Source: a virus. From it: 64,000 nucleotides of DNA. Numbering within the stretch: position 1 is the first letter of the stretch; every line of letters begins with the position of its first letter. The notes below the pieces were generated by a model that ran no database searches, was not told the origin of the DNA, and saw only the letters and a program-made list of their open reading frames with translations. The stretch covers positions 48,012-112,011 of IMG/VR virus record IMGVR_UViG_3300042890_001842; one strand, written 5' to 3'. Positions 31,029 to 40,599 of this stretch are shown here, piece after piece. The position numbers were made by a program, and so were the translations under genes.

Positions 31029-32762
31029 CTATCTTGTTGAAATAACTATCCATTCACTATTTGCATAATTTATGCCATTATCTGTCATCGTCATGACAGA
31101 ATCTGATGACGCCAGAACTGGTCTAGCTGTGTACTCAGAGTAGTGACGTTGGGCCTCTGTAATAGTTAAAGCCTTCTGATATATAGCAATATTATTAAAA
31201 CCGTTTGATGGCCCACCAGAAGTATTATAATTAAATTTGATATCCCCAGTTATTGCAGAGGTAAATCTAATAACAACATGATGAATTTGACCAGAGCTAA
31301 ATATTGATGACACTGAGGTGGATGAAGATCTGTCGACTCCATTTACATAGATCGCCGCAATATTTGTTTTAGATATTACACCTGATCCATTCCATGAGAA
31401 ATTGGCAGAAGTATTGTTAATAAGAGTGCTTGCTGTCAATGCGGAAGGATTATAGAAAAACTCTAAAGTATTTATATTTGAATCACAGTTTATTTTAAAT
31501 CCTCCTGAAGATGAAGTCTGTATGCCGTCCCTATCCATTCTAATAAGTGTTGGATAATTAAAAGATGCTATATCATATTCACTGGAAGAGGTTATGAAAT
31601 ATTTACTGTTATCGCTATATATATCTTTTGTATCATAAAATTTTACTCTAAGATTTAAAAATTTAGGAAAATATTTTGAGGCATCTAAAGTTGTAAAAGT
31701 TACCTTTAAATAGATAATTCTATTTCCAAGAGTTTCTGATTTATTATACAAAGGCAAAGATGAGTTATTTGTTAAAGTATAAGGATATGTGGTCCCATCT
31801 GTTCCCATTTGTACTACTATGTTTTTATCAGCCTGCCATTCTATTTTTGAAGAAACAACACTTAAAGTAGAAGGTAACATTATCGTATCAAAAAGTATTA
31901 AAGACTTTTCTCCAGTGGACTTATTAAATCCTATATATTTTCTATTGTTCTCATAGTATGTGTCAGTAGTCATTCCAAGCTCAATTTGTTCTGGGCTAAA
32001 TTCATGAACATAAGAAGGCTTTAAATTTTCTTCGTGTGTTGAAAAGAAAAATCCATTGTCCTGATTTACAATTTGAAATGCGTTTACATGATAAATGCCA
32101 TATGAATAATGAGACTCAACTTTTTTATCTGAAAGAGCGTATCTATAAACAGCTGGTGACTCTACTAAAAAAGAATCTGCTACATTGAGTGTTGGGCCAA
32201 TCTTAAAAGGGCCTGTAGTAGAGTTTGTAAATTTAAAATTAGAAATTGATTTTGATGAGGCTAAAAGACCATCGACAAAAATTTGCATTGAACTTGTAGA
32301 ATATGTTGCAACTACGTGAAATACTTTATTTCTACTATTCAAATTATAATAGAGCTCTTCGCTATTCAATCTAAAAAGGATATTACTATTTTCATAATAT
32401 ATTCCAATTCCATTTGTTTCATCAGCAAATATCGTTGTCCTATTAGATGTTGTTATATTTGGGCGAAACCATACTTCTAAGGAAAAATCATTATCTGAAG
32501 TTTTTATATTTCCAAATCCGCCACCTGAAACCGCCGTTCCATAAAAGTTTTTTGTTATTGGAAGAGATATTGATCCAAGATTATTTATGTTTACAGAGTA
32601 GGTTCCACCCATAACTAATGGAACAAGGTTTTGTAAAGTTACGCTAGTATATGTACCGTCGTTACCACAGCCAGATGAATCAACTGCAGTGGTTCCAGAA
32701 GATTCATCTAGTGGCCAAAATCCTATTGGATTATCCTTTAAAACTTTTACTCTATAAGACAT
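31029..32762 (-). CDS. LamG / concanavalin A-like lectin-fold virion protein
   Basis: GFWPLDESSGTTAVDSSG, FSLEVWF and HVVATY motifs. Confidence 0.8.
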   Translation of the reverse strand: MSYRVKVLKDNPIGFWPLDESSGTTAVDSSGCGNDGTYTSVTLQNLVPLVMGGTYSVNINNLGSISLPITKNFYGTAVSGGGFGNIKTSDNDFSLEVWFRPNITTSNRTTIFADETNGIGIYYENSNILFRLNSEELYYNLNSRNKVFHVVATYSTSSMQIFVDGLLASSKSISNFKFTNSTTGPFKIGPTLNVADSFLVESPAVYRYALSDKKVESHYSYGIYHVNAFQIVNQDNGFFFSTHEENLKPSYVHEFSPEQIELGMTTDTYYENNRKYIGFNKSTGEKSLILFDTIMLPSTLSVVSSKIEWQADKNIVVQMGTDGTTYPYTLTNNSSLPLYNKSETLGNRIIYLKVTFTTLDASKYFPKFLNLRVKFYDTKDIYSDNSKYFITSSSEYDIASFNYPTLIRMDRDGIQTSSSGGFKINCDSNINTLEFFYNPSALTASTLINNTSANFSWNGSGVISKTNIAAIYVNGVDRSSSTSVSSIFSSGQIHHVVIRFTSAITGDIKFNYNTSGGPSNGFNNIAIYQKALTITEAQRHYSEYTARPVLASSDSVMTMTDNGINYANSEWIVISTR

Positions 32763-32782
32763 AAATAGATTATATCAGAATA

Positions 32783-33013
32783 TTAACCTTCTGATGGAAG
32801 TGAATCTAGCTCTGCCTTGTATACTGTTATGGCAGCTTCTAGAATTTGCAATGACTTCTCTGAATTTTCTGCACCTTGAAGATCTTCTAGTCCTTCAGAA
32901 GTCTTCTTGTTAAGAGAATGCTGGTACGCCTCTGCAGCAAACTGTGAGATTCTCTGCTCTAGAATAGCTTTCTTTTGTTCTACTGTAAGTAGTGCTGTAT
33001 AGTCAATTGACAT
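32783..33013 (-). CDS. Small helical-hairpin protein; distant paralog of 498-716 and 772-987
   Basis: LLT.EQK..IL..RI pattern. Confidence 0.65.
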   Translation of the reverse strand: MSIDYTALLTVEQKKAILEQRISQFAAEAYQHSLNKKTSEGLEDLQGAENSEKSLQILEAAITVYKAELDSLPSEG

Positions 33014-33173
33014 TTTTATTCTTTCTCATAATAAACGCTATAAGTTTTTTATAACGCTGTTCTATCTTTTCTTCTAAACCTAGATGACTCTCTTTGTAAT
33101 TTTCTGTTTGAAAATACGGAGAGTACATTTGATTACAAAAATGCTTTCCTGGTTTTCTTTGATATGGAGCCAT
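33003..33173 (-). CDS. 56-aa leaderless hypothetical protein (not in ORF track)
   Basis: TGA-TATAAT-N6-ATG; MAPYQRKPGKHFCNQMYSPYFQ...; its stop overlaps the next gene. Confidence 0.6.
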   Translation of the reverse strand: MAPYQRKPGKHFCNQMYSPYFQTENYKESHLGLEEKIEQRYKKLIAFIMRKNKNVN

Positions 33174-33217
33174 AATATAATTATATCAAAGTTATATTAT
33201 AGAGCTTTTTGCAAACC

Positions 33218-33907
33218 TTATGCATCTATATTTTTAAACATCCAGTGGCTTGGAACCATATACTTAAACCCACTTTTAACTAGATGTGCTGTATGGTGAT
33301 ATGGTGGAGATGATGGGAAGATAACAATACTGCCAGCCTTTGGCTTAATTGAAACAGTAAGCGCTTCTTTATTTTCTTTAGCGGCAACATCAAAATCTTC
33401 AGAAGGCTTGCCTTCAATAATGGGAGCATCTGGAGATTTGATTGTGAATGAAAGCTCTCCACCCTCATAATCGTCATTCAAATACATTACCATAGAATAC
33501 TTTAATCTTTTATCGCCCTCTTGCTGGTCATAATGTGCTCCCATAAACGTCCCAGCTTTATACTTTTTGATTGGAAAAACTGGGTAGAAATTTGGTTCTT
33601 CTTGATCTCCTTGTGCCAAGGCGTAGTCTTTGCATGCTTCATAGAATGCATTATTTATAGCATGAAAAATATAACTTACATCATTAGAATCTGCTGGCTG
33701 AGATTTCTCATCTTCATTAGCATAAATAATTTTTTCTGTTCCGTAGTTATACATTTGACCACTACATGAGTCCCAGCTAGACCATTTTGATATAGAGCTA
33801 CCAAAGTCTTTAAACTCAGTTGACTCAATAACCTCTAATAGCTTTTTTGGATCCTCAAAAACATCTGTATAGTAATAAATCTTTTCTTCTAACACTTCTC
33901 TATTCAT
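33218..33907 (-). CDS. Prolyl-4-hydroxylase-like 2OG-Fe(II) oxygenase
   Basis: HYD...YLNDDYEGGEL...H...K; start chosen at MNREV. Confidence 0.88.
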   Translation of the reverse strand: MNREVLEEKIYYYTDVFEDPKKLLEVIESTEFKDFGSSISKWSSWDSCSGQMYNYGTEKIIYANEDEKSQPADSNDVSYIFHAINNAFYEACKDYALAQGDQEEPNFYPVFPIKKYKAGTFMGAHYDQQEGDKRLKYSMVMYLNDDYEGGELSFTIKSPDAPIIEGKPSEDFDVAAKENKEALTVSIKPKAGSIVIFPSSPPYHHTAHLVKSGFKYMVPSHWMFKNIDA

Positions 33908-34646
33908 TATCGTCTCCTTTAAATTTATACTTTTGTCCATCTAAATCAAGCTTGTATCCTTCTTTTAATAGCTCTTGCCATTCTGATCTTTCAACTTCTT
34001 GAGCCTCTCTAATCTTCTTCATTTCTTCAGCCCAAGCATCTCTAACTTCTTGAGGATAATCTGATTCTGCTCTATCATCCCAGAAAGATCCAATCGTATA
34101 CCTTGTTCCTTTTGTAATTATAGTAACCTCATGCATATTTTCAAAACCTCCGTCAAATGCCGCAAGCATCCCTACCTTTGGTTTAATTGTTAAATTCTGA
34201 GAAGGAAAGCTTAGTAGTCCGCCTTCAAAATCATCATTAAGATATAAAAATGCTGCGTATCTACTTCTAGCAAAAGGACCTGTATTTCCCTTTTCATCAG
34301 TATTGTCTGAGTGTATTCTGGCATATGCGCCTGGCTCCCATTTTTGAGTATGAAAACCTATTTCGAAAATACTAGACACGTCCTTATTTCCAACCTCTGC
34401 AATTGACTCTATAAATTTATTCTTTAAATTAGAAAAAAAGTTAGAAGGCAGCCCAAATTCCTCTAACTCTGAGTCTTTATCTTGTGGCGTAACTGAAGAG
34501 TATGACTCGTAAAAAGAAATTGGCATCCAAGAAATCTTTCCATTAGACGCTTGCTTATCCAATACTTTTATTACAGCAGAACATTCTTCTGGCGAAAGAA
34601 AATCTTCATAAACAAAAATATTATTAGTATGTTTAATTAAATTCAT
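33900..34646 (-). CDS. Prolyl-4-hydroxylase-like 2OG-Fe(II) oxygenase
   Basis: HSD...YLNDDFEGG...HEV...R; ATGA coupling to the upstream gene. Confidence 0.88.
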   Translation of the reverse strand: MNLIKHTNNIFVYEDFLSPEECSAVIKVLDKQASNGKISWMPISFYESYSSVTPQDKDSELEEFGLPSNFFSNLKNKFIESIAEVGNKDVSSIFEIGFHTQKWEPGAYARIHSDNTDEKGNTGPFARSRYAAFLYLNDDFEGGLLSFPSQNLTIKPKVGMLAAFDGGFENMHEVTIITKGTRYTIGSFWDDRAESDYPQEVRDAWAEEMKKIREAQEVERSEWQELLKEGYKLDLDGQKYKFKGDDNE

Positions 34647-35314
34647 GGCTTGTTGTCTCCAGTGTGCTCTATAATTGTCCAAAAAAATGGACATGTGTAT
34701 CTAATACCACTTTTAATTTCAGTTACTCCATGGATAAAATTCTTATCTCCTGGGAAGAAGTAGGCTGCTCCACGCTTTGGCTTAAACTGAATTCCTTGTA
34801 ATGGAAAATATAACTCTCCGCCTTCGTAGTCATCATTTAAGTAAAATAAACTTGCTATGTCATAGTAAGGAAAATCATTTGGCAATCCAGCATCAGGTCC
34901 ATCATGAAGTTCTTTATCTGCATGCGGATTTTGCAACTGTCCTGGCAGCCATCTAACTATTGTTTGTCCTGTTGGAACTGCCACTACATTATAAAAATTT
35001 TCAATTACTGGCTTAAGCTTTTTAAATAATCCTTCTATTACTGGGCCTATCTCTGGGTCATTCTTATCTAACGAAGGTCTGCTAGCCACTCTATCTTTCC
35101 AATAATCTGCATCATAGATAACTGTTCCATTTTCATTCGTATGACTTTCAGTAACATCCCAAATTTTAATATTTCTAGCAGAGTTTTCTAAAAAGTTAAT
35201 CTCATCCTCAGTCATGAAGTTTTCTAGCTCGACTATCATATCTTTACTATTTCCAAAAAATCCAGACGGGGTGATTGACTTTCTTTCTTCGTGGCTCATA
35301 TTCATTATATCCAT
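34643..35314 (-). CDS. Prolyl-4-hydroxylase-like 2OG-Fe(II) oxygenase
   Basis: HAD...YLNDDYEGGEL...HGV...R. Confidence 0.88.
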   Translation of the reverse strand: MDIMNMSHEERKSITPSGFFGNSKDMIVELENFMTEDEINFLENSARNIKIWDVTESHTNENGTVIYDADYWKDRVASRPSLDKNDPEIGPVIEGLFKKLKPVIENFYNVVAVPTGQTIVRWLPGQLQNPHADKELHDGPDAGLPNDFPYYDIASLFYLNDDYEGGELYFPLQGIQFKPKRGAAYFFPGDKNFIHGVTEIKSGIRYTCPFFWTIIEHTGDNKP

Positions 35315-35316
35315 AA

Positions 35317-36042
35317 TTACATTATACCATTTCTCTTTTTGGTATTGTCTAGCACTGAAAGTCTTATTACTTTTGTTTCATGAGAACCAAGGCTTTCACC
35401 CTTTTCATTGACAGCATCTCTATACCAATCTGTCCATTTTCCCTGTTGATTTATTTCTTGAGCTGCATTTCCATAGGATCTATGTGCGTTTTCTCTTTTT
35501 CTATCAGGATCAGAATAATCAAAAACATTAATTTCTGTGTCATTCATAGAAGTTAATGATATGGGAATAATTGTTGCTAACGGAGTACCAGACTTTATAA
35601 CTATATTTTTATTTGCTGACCTGGCCTTGATTGCCAACGGTAAAGATACATCAAGCCAAGATGTACTTATCAATGAAGACATTGTTTCAAAGTCTTCATT
35701 AAAATAATTAACTGGGTTTATAGTCATAAGGCTAATATTCTTATCTGTTCTAAAAGTTAATCCAGTATTAAAACTTACAGTAGACTGCCCTCTTCCAGAA
35801 TAAGTAAATTCTATCCCTTTTGTAATCTGGACATTGTCTGAACTTGTGTCGTTAATTCCATTCCAAGTAAACTCAACATCTTTTTCTGAATATAAATACC
35901 ATCCAACCATATTTGCCTGTGTTACTGGAAAGCATCTATAAGCATGCTTTTCTGGTGTATCGTCCATCCAATCTCTTTTGATTGACATTGGTGCTATAGA
36001 TATAACAGAGTCCATAGACTTTTCAACAGATATATTAAGCAT
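35317..36042 (-). CDS. DUF6065-like protein
   Basis: R.WMD.T...AYRC.P...AN..GW and GTP...IIP motifs. Confidence 0.7.
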   Translation of the reverse strand: MLNISVEKSMDSVISIAPMSIKRDWMDDTPEKHAYRCFPVTQANMVGWYLYSEKDVEFTWNGINDTSSDNVQITKGIEFTYSGRGQSTVSFNTGLTFRTDKNISLMTINPVNYFNEDFETMSSLISTSWLDVSLPLAIKARSANKNIVIKSGTPLATIIPISLTSMNDTEINVFDYSDPDRKRENAHRSYGNAAQEINQQGKWTDWYRDAVNEKGESLGSHETKVIRLSVLDNTKKRNGIM

Positions 36043-36698
36043 TAGTCCTCGTCTGGTCGATACATCTCAGGGGTATGAAACTTTTTATTGTAGTCAAGCA
36101 TTGTTACAATTGAATACTTTGTACCGCTATGGACTGGCATCGCTCTGTGTGGGTACATGAAATTTGATGGGAATATATATAGATCTCCAGCTTTTGGTTT
36201 AATGCTTAAATCTTGAAGTCTAAAGTAAAGTTCTCCACCTTCGTAATCATCATTAGGATAAGCAACTAAAGAAACAGTACAGTTGTAAGAAAAACCATGA
36301 TCATGGTGCTCTTGAAAGTGTTGTCCTGGACCATACTTAATAAAATTAAATGCTTCCCAGTATTTTAACTCCATAATATTATAGTCTCGTCTATAATCAT
36401 CAACTGCAGCAGATTGAGCATCATATACATCCTGCCACAAATTTTGTAGTTGTAAAGAAGTCTCACTTTTATCAAACTGTAAGTCAGTCTTTTTAAATTT
36501 AAAATCTGTGCAGTCTCTATAGTCTGGCATCAATTCTTTATACCCAACATATGCTGGCTGCCAAGCATATCTATTTGTTGTTCCAACTGGTGCTAACAAA
36601 TTATTTAAACGATTTATTACATCAAACTCTGGCTTGATGACATTTGAATAGCGAACAATACCATTTCCAAGATTTTCTTTATCTGTCCATGTTTTCAT
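36042..36698 (-). CDS. Prolyl-4-hydroxylase-like 2OG-Fe(II) oxygenase
   Basis: HHD...NDDYEGGEL...H...K; start chosen at MKTWT. Confidence 0.88.
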   Translation of the reverse strand: MKTWTDKENLGNGIVRYSNVIKPEFDVINRLNNLLAPVGTTNRYAWQPAYVGYKELMPDYRDCTDFKFKKTDLQFDKSETSLQLQNLWQDVYDAQSAAVDDYRRDYNIMELKYWEAFNFIKYGPGQHFQEHHDHGFSYNCTVSLVAYPNDDYEGGELYFRLQDLSIKPKAGDLYIFPSNFMYPHRAMPVHSGTKYSIVTMLDYNKKFHTPEMYRPDED

Positions 36699-36702
36699 AA
36701 CA

Positions 36703-37485
36703 TTACCTATATTCTCTTCTAGACCAAACTTTGTCCTTATAGACTCCACCATCTGGAACCCTATATTTTTTAGCGTTATTAAAAAATTCTAATTGTATTT
36801 CTCTTTCAGACAACAACTGTTTCTCATGATACCAGTTTTCTCTTTTAAATGGAAGTACTTGCATATATGGGGTTCCTGCTGGTATTGTTCCTTCCCAATC
36901 TTTTATAACAAAAAATGGAAATGATCCAGAAAGATTAACCTTATCATTATCAACAACGCCAGTTGTATTTAAAAATGGCAAGTCAAATCTATTCATTGGA
37001 GTCATGTATAAACAACTATATCCTTCTGGAACAACTAAACCCCAGTCTGGAAACCATGAGAAGTGGTCTTCATAATATCCTGTTGGATGCTTAAATTGTG
37101 GCATTGGAGGACGTTTAGTGCAAAAAGATTTATATCTTTCGTCTTCAACTTTTACATCTATCTTTCCATAGTCATTTTTAAAAAATGTAATATCGCAAGG
37201 AGTTTTTAAAACATACCCAGTCATAAATGCATCTAGAATAGCTGGACATGCTTTCCAGGTTGGAATCATGCCATAGTCATTAGTTGTACCTTCTTTTGGA
37301 AATGGACAGACTGCTTGCGGAGCTTTATAATATTCTCCATTTGGCATCTTTGCAAATCTATCTGCCTCTTTATACCAATCTGGAATCTCTGATTGTGTTG
37401 GAGATGGTACTGATGGACTATTTTCTGTCAACGAAGGATTAGTCCCTCTAAATAAAATTAAATGGCTTGAATCTTCATTTTGCAT
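36703..37485 (-). CDS. DUF6065-related beta-rich protein
   Basis: K.CP...D....GY, PEGYS, GVVD.D and AGTP..Q..PFKRE motifs. Confidence 0.6.
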   Translation of the reverse strand: MQNEDSSHLILFRGTNPSLTENSPSVPSPTQSEIPDWYKEADRFAKMPNGEYYKAPQAVCPFPKEGTTNDYGMIPTWKACPAILDAFMTGYVLKTPCDITFFKNDYGKIDVKVEDERYKSFCTKRPPMPQFKHPTGYYEDHFSWFPDWGLVVPEGYSCLYMTPMNRFDLPFLNTTGVVDNDKVNLSGSFPFFVIKDWEGTIPAGTPYMQVLPFKRENWYHEKQLLSEREIQLEFFNNAKKYRVPDGGVYKDKVWSRREYR

Positions 37486-38192
37486 TAATGAGACCTACTG
37501 CTTAAATCAGTCATAACGACTACACAGTATTTAGTACCACTCTTCATTGGTAAAGAGGCATGTTCATAAATATAGTTTGAAGGAAATACTGCTATGTCGC
37601 CAGACTTTGGAGTATAAACCAAATTATCTAGTCGTGGAAACTGAAGCTCTCCTCCTTCATAGTCATCATTTATATATATAACAGCTGAAACTGTGCAGTT
37701 GTAAGCTGGACCATGGTCTGCGTGTATTCTGAAATGCTTTCCTTCTCCTTCATACTTTACAAAGTTAAAAGCTTCGTAATACGTGATATTAATTCCCCAG
37801 TATCTACAGTAGTCGTCTATACACAACTTAAGCTTTTCATAAATCTCTTGATGCAAATCAATTAGCTCTGCATTGTTATCATTCCTTGGACCAAGGTTTT
37901 CTTGCTTATATCTAAAATCAACACAGTCTCTGGCTTTTTTAATTGGAGTTGTTGAGTTTGTTACTTGAGCCTCAGACCATGTATAAAATTTTCCGTCTGT
38001 CAAATTTGACTCAAGAGTAGAAATATATCTTGTTGCATCTTCTGTTGAAAAAACATTATGATAAATATTTAGACCTAGACCAGGGTTTGTTGTTGTTATT
38101 GAACTGTTAACCTGTCTTTCAGTCATTCTGTTTGCAGCTGTTTCTGATCTATCTTTGTTGAACCAATGATCTTGTTGGTCTGGGTATTCCAT
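37485..38192 (-). CDS. Prolyl-4-hydroxylase-like 2OG-Fe(II) oxygenase; close paralog of 36042-36698
   Basis: HAD...NDDYEGGEL...H...K; shares EAFNF.KY and YNCTVS with the paralog. Confidence 0.88.
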   Translation of the reverse strand: MEYPDQQDHWFNKDRSETAANRMTERQVNSSITTTNPGLGLNIYHNVFSTEDATRYISTLESNLTDGKFYTWSEAQVTNSTTPIKKARDCVDFRYKQENLGPRNDNNAELIDLHQEIYEKLKLCIDDYCRYWGINITYYEAFNFVKYEGEGKHFRIHADHGPAYNCTVSAVIYINDDYEGGELQFPRLDNLVYTPKSGDIAVFPSNYIYEHASLPMKSGTKYCVVVMTDLSSRSH

Positions 38193-38242
38193 TAAATTAT
38201 TCCTGTCTCTATAAGTAAATTATACAATATTTTGTTAATTTT

Positions 38243-38485
38243 TTAAAGTGGTTCTTTTTTCCATTTTTTAATTGGACATTCAGCATCTGCAAGCATTGTT
38301 TTTGCAGGCATGAAACAACCACACAATTTACACTGTTTTGTTATTTGAATAAAATTTTCACAAGACATACACGTGTCAAGTCTACTTTTAATAATAGACT
38401 GATCTTCTATACGCTTCCCTGAATCTAATATGTGCCATGGTCTTGAGTCACCAAGAGATTTTTTCCACTCTTCCCATTTTGACAT
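38243..38485 (-). CDS. DUF6171-like Cys-rich small protein
   Basis: R...CxxC...CxxCGC...CP..KW. Confidence 0.7.
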   Translation of the reverse strand: MSKWEEWKKSLGDSRPWHILDSGKRIEDQSIIKSRLDTCMSCENFIQITKQCKLCGCFMPAKTMLADAECPIKKWKKEPL

Positions 38486-38487
38486 AC

Positions 38488-38925
38488 TTATTCTGGTCCT
38501 CTGAAGCTAGAACCGTTCCAAATATCTCCTTTTGATACAAACTGATCATCTTGTATCTTTAAGAAAACAATATCCTGTGCAAATGCTGCCTCAAACATAT
38601 CGTCATTTAAAGTTTCTTTTGTTTGAAAAAATGTCAAAAATATTTTATTATCACATAAAATAGAGTAAGTTCTTGTAAAATCCCAATTTAAATTCATTGG
38701 TTCAAAAGAATCTCCTCCTGAAAAAGAATTACCATCCCAAACTGCATTAGTACACGCAGCATTTTGAAATGGAGAAGTGTTCATTCCAGTAATAGGGAGA
38801 CCACTATTAATTGCATTTTCGCATCTTTCTATAAATGGTGCTGGTGGGTTTGAGTGATCTGTTTGAACCTTAAATATTTCATATTCAGTTTCATTTATTT
38901 TAGTACCAATAGCATATCTATACAT
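38488..38925 (-). CDS. Hypothetical protein with duplicated WDG..F motif (fibre-associated accessory)
   Basis: AVWDGNSFS and DIWNGSSFR; GAGG SD. Confidence 0.6.
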   Translation of the reverse strand: MYRYAIGTKINETEYEIFKVQTDHSNPPAPFIERCENAINSGLPITGMNTSPFQNAACTNAVWDGNSFSGGDSFEPMNLNWDFTRTYSILCDNKIFLTFFQTKETLNDDMFEAAFAQDIVFLKIQDDQFVSKGDIWNGSSFRGPE

Positions 38926-38988
38926 ATATCCTCTTTTCTAAACTAATAATATCATATAAAAATAAACATTTCAATAGCAAATAACTAT

Positions 38989-39870
38989 TTAAACTGCACA
39001 GTCACAATTACAACCAGGTCCAAAACTTCCAGGATAACATCCACCACAGTTTGCTCCACAGCTTGCAAAGGTTGGGAAGTAAGGGAAGAACGGGAAGTAC
39101 GGGAAGTACGGTGGGAAGAACGGGAAGAACGGTGGGAAGAACGGGAAGAACGGGAAGAACGGGAAGAACGGGAAGTACGGGAAGTACGGTGGGAAGAACG
39201 GGAAGAACGGTGGGAAGAACGGGAAGAACGGGAAGAATGGGAAGTACGGGAAGTACGGGAAGTACGGTGGGAAGAACGGGAAGAACGGTGGGAAGAACGG
39301 GAAGAATGGGAAGAACGGGAAGTACGGGAAGTAAGGGAAGAATGGTGGGAAGAATGGGAAGAACGGTGGGAAGAACGGGAAGAACGGTGGGAAGAACGGG
39401 AAGAACGGGAAGAATGGGAAGTACGGGAAGTAAGGGAAGAATGGTGGGAAGAATGGGAAGAACGGTGGGAAGAACGGGAAGAACGGTGGGAAGAACGGGA
39501 AGAACGGGAAGAATGGGAAGTACGGGAAGTAAGGGAAGAATGGTGGGAAGAATGGGAAGTACGGTGGGAAGAATGGGAAGTAAGGTGGGAAGAACGGGAA
39601 GAATGGGAAGTACGGGAAGTAAGGGAAGTACGGGAAGAAAGGTGGGAAGAATGGGAAGTACGGTGGGAAGAACGGGAAGAACGGTGGGAAGAACGGGAAA
39701 AATGGGAAGTAAGGTGGGAAGAAAGGAAAATAAGGAGGAAAGAACGGAAAGAAGGGAGGAAAGAACGGAAAGTAAGGTGGGAAGAACGGTGCAGAAACAA
39801 TAGTAGCCATAGTAACTCCTGTGGCTTTTTTATTTTTTTTGTCTTTGCTATCGTTTCCTCTTGATGCCAT
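38989..39870 (-). CDS. Pro/Phe/Tyr-repeat protein with basic N-terminus and 6-Cys C-terminus (293 aa)
   Basis: ATG at 39870 is coupled (TAATG) to the upstream fibre gene; DNA variation falls at Pro third positions and F/Y swaps in this frame. Confidence 0.8.
   Translation of the reverse strand: MASRGNDSKDKKNKKATGVTMATIVSAPFFPPYFPFFPPFFPFFPPYFPFFPPYFPFFPFFPPFFPFFPPYFPFFPPFFPYFPYFPYFPFFPFFPPYFPFFPPYFPFFPPFFPYFPYFPFFPFFPFFPPFFPFFPPFFPFFPPFFPYFPYFPFFPFFPFFPPFFPFFPPFFPFFPPFFPYFPYFPFFPFFPFFPPFFPFFPPYFPYFPYFPFFPFFPFFPPFFPFFPPYFPYFPFFPFFPFFPFFPPFFPFFPPYFPYFPFFPYFPTFASCGANCGGCYPGSFGPGCNCDCAV
39073..39789 (-). repeat. 717-bp coding tandem repeat of 9- and 12-bp units encoding P[F/Y]F and PP[F/Y]F
   Basis: GGGAAGAAC / GGGAAGTAC / GGTGGGAAGAAC units on the + strand; exact 99-bp duplication at 39331-39429 and 39430-39528. 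Confidence 0.95.
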
Positions 39871-40562
39871 TATGAGATTCCATTTCCTCCGATAAGCCAC
39901 TCAGTAGTATTTATTTTTACGAGTGTACACATTCCATTTGAGGCAAGTGTTCTTCCAGATCCAGTGGTTGCAGTATTTGCTAATCTTAATGTATCAGTAG
40001 TTATATTTATAGTTGTAGAAATACCATTACCATTAATAATAACAATCGATGTACCAATTGGAAATGCTGTAGCACTATTTGCTGGAATTGTTATTGTTTG
40101 TCCAGATGTTGTGGTCATATAAATATGCTTGCCAGCATCTGAGGCAGCTAATGTTCTTCCGCCAGATGTTACTGCAACTTGTGGCATACCCATATATCCT
40201 GCACTAGCTGCAGCTGTGGAAGTAGTACCATCTGCAGGAAATGCAGTAGTTTTAATTGTAGAAGATCCAAGAGTAATACCAGTAACAGTTGATGTAAATA
40301 TACTTGCTGCAGATGCGTTATTTGATCCAATTGTAGGGGATGCGTAGTTAAGGTTTACTGCACCAGTAAAAGATGCTCCAGATAGTGCCGCATAAGTAGA
40401 AGAAGCTGTTCCAGTTGTTAAGTAGGTTGAAGAGTCTACAGATCCATTAGCTTTAAGAAATTGAGAGGCGGTGCCTCCAGTAATAGCAAGAGAGGTGCCA
40501 GTAATAGTACCACCTGCATCAATACCGTTCTTTACTCTAAAGTTTTTATCTTGTGTTGCCAC
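39870..40562 (-). CDS. Fibre protein
   Basis: MATQDKNFRVKNG N-terminus; FPIGT...W...G C-terminal domain. Confidence 0.7.
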   Translation of the reverse strand: MATQDKNFRVKNGIDAGGTITGTSLAITGGTASQFLKANGSVDSSTYLTTGTASSTYAALSGASFTGAVNLNYASPTIGSNNASAASIFTSTVTGITLGSSTIKTTAFPADGTTSTAAASAGYMGMPQVAVTSGGRTLAASDAGKHIYMTTTSGQTITIPANSATAFPIGTSIVIINGNGISTTINITTDTLRLANTATTGSGRTLASNGMCTLVKINTTEWLIGGNGIS

Positions 40563-40599
40563 AGAAGTTCACCTATCCCTTCTTAATATATAGTATGTA

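Noticed and set aside
39051-39803. Repeat array read as a CRISPR array
   Set aside because: Units are contiguous 9/12-mers with no unique spacers and no cas genes nearby; it is a coding repeat.
38985-39803. Alternative open frames over the repeat (RSS/HRS on minus, GRT on plus)
   Set aside because: They are open only because the repeat lacks stops. The P/F/Y frame has the coupled ATG, absorbs the variation synonymously and is the frame used in the 1109-aa fibre.
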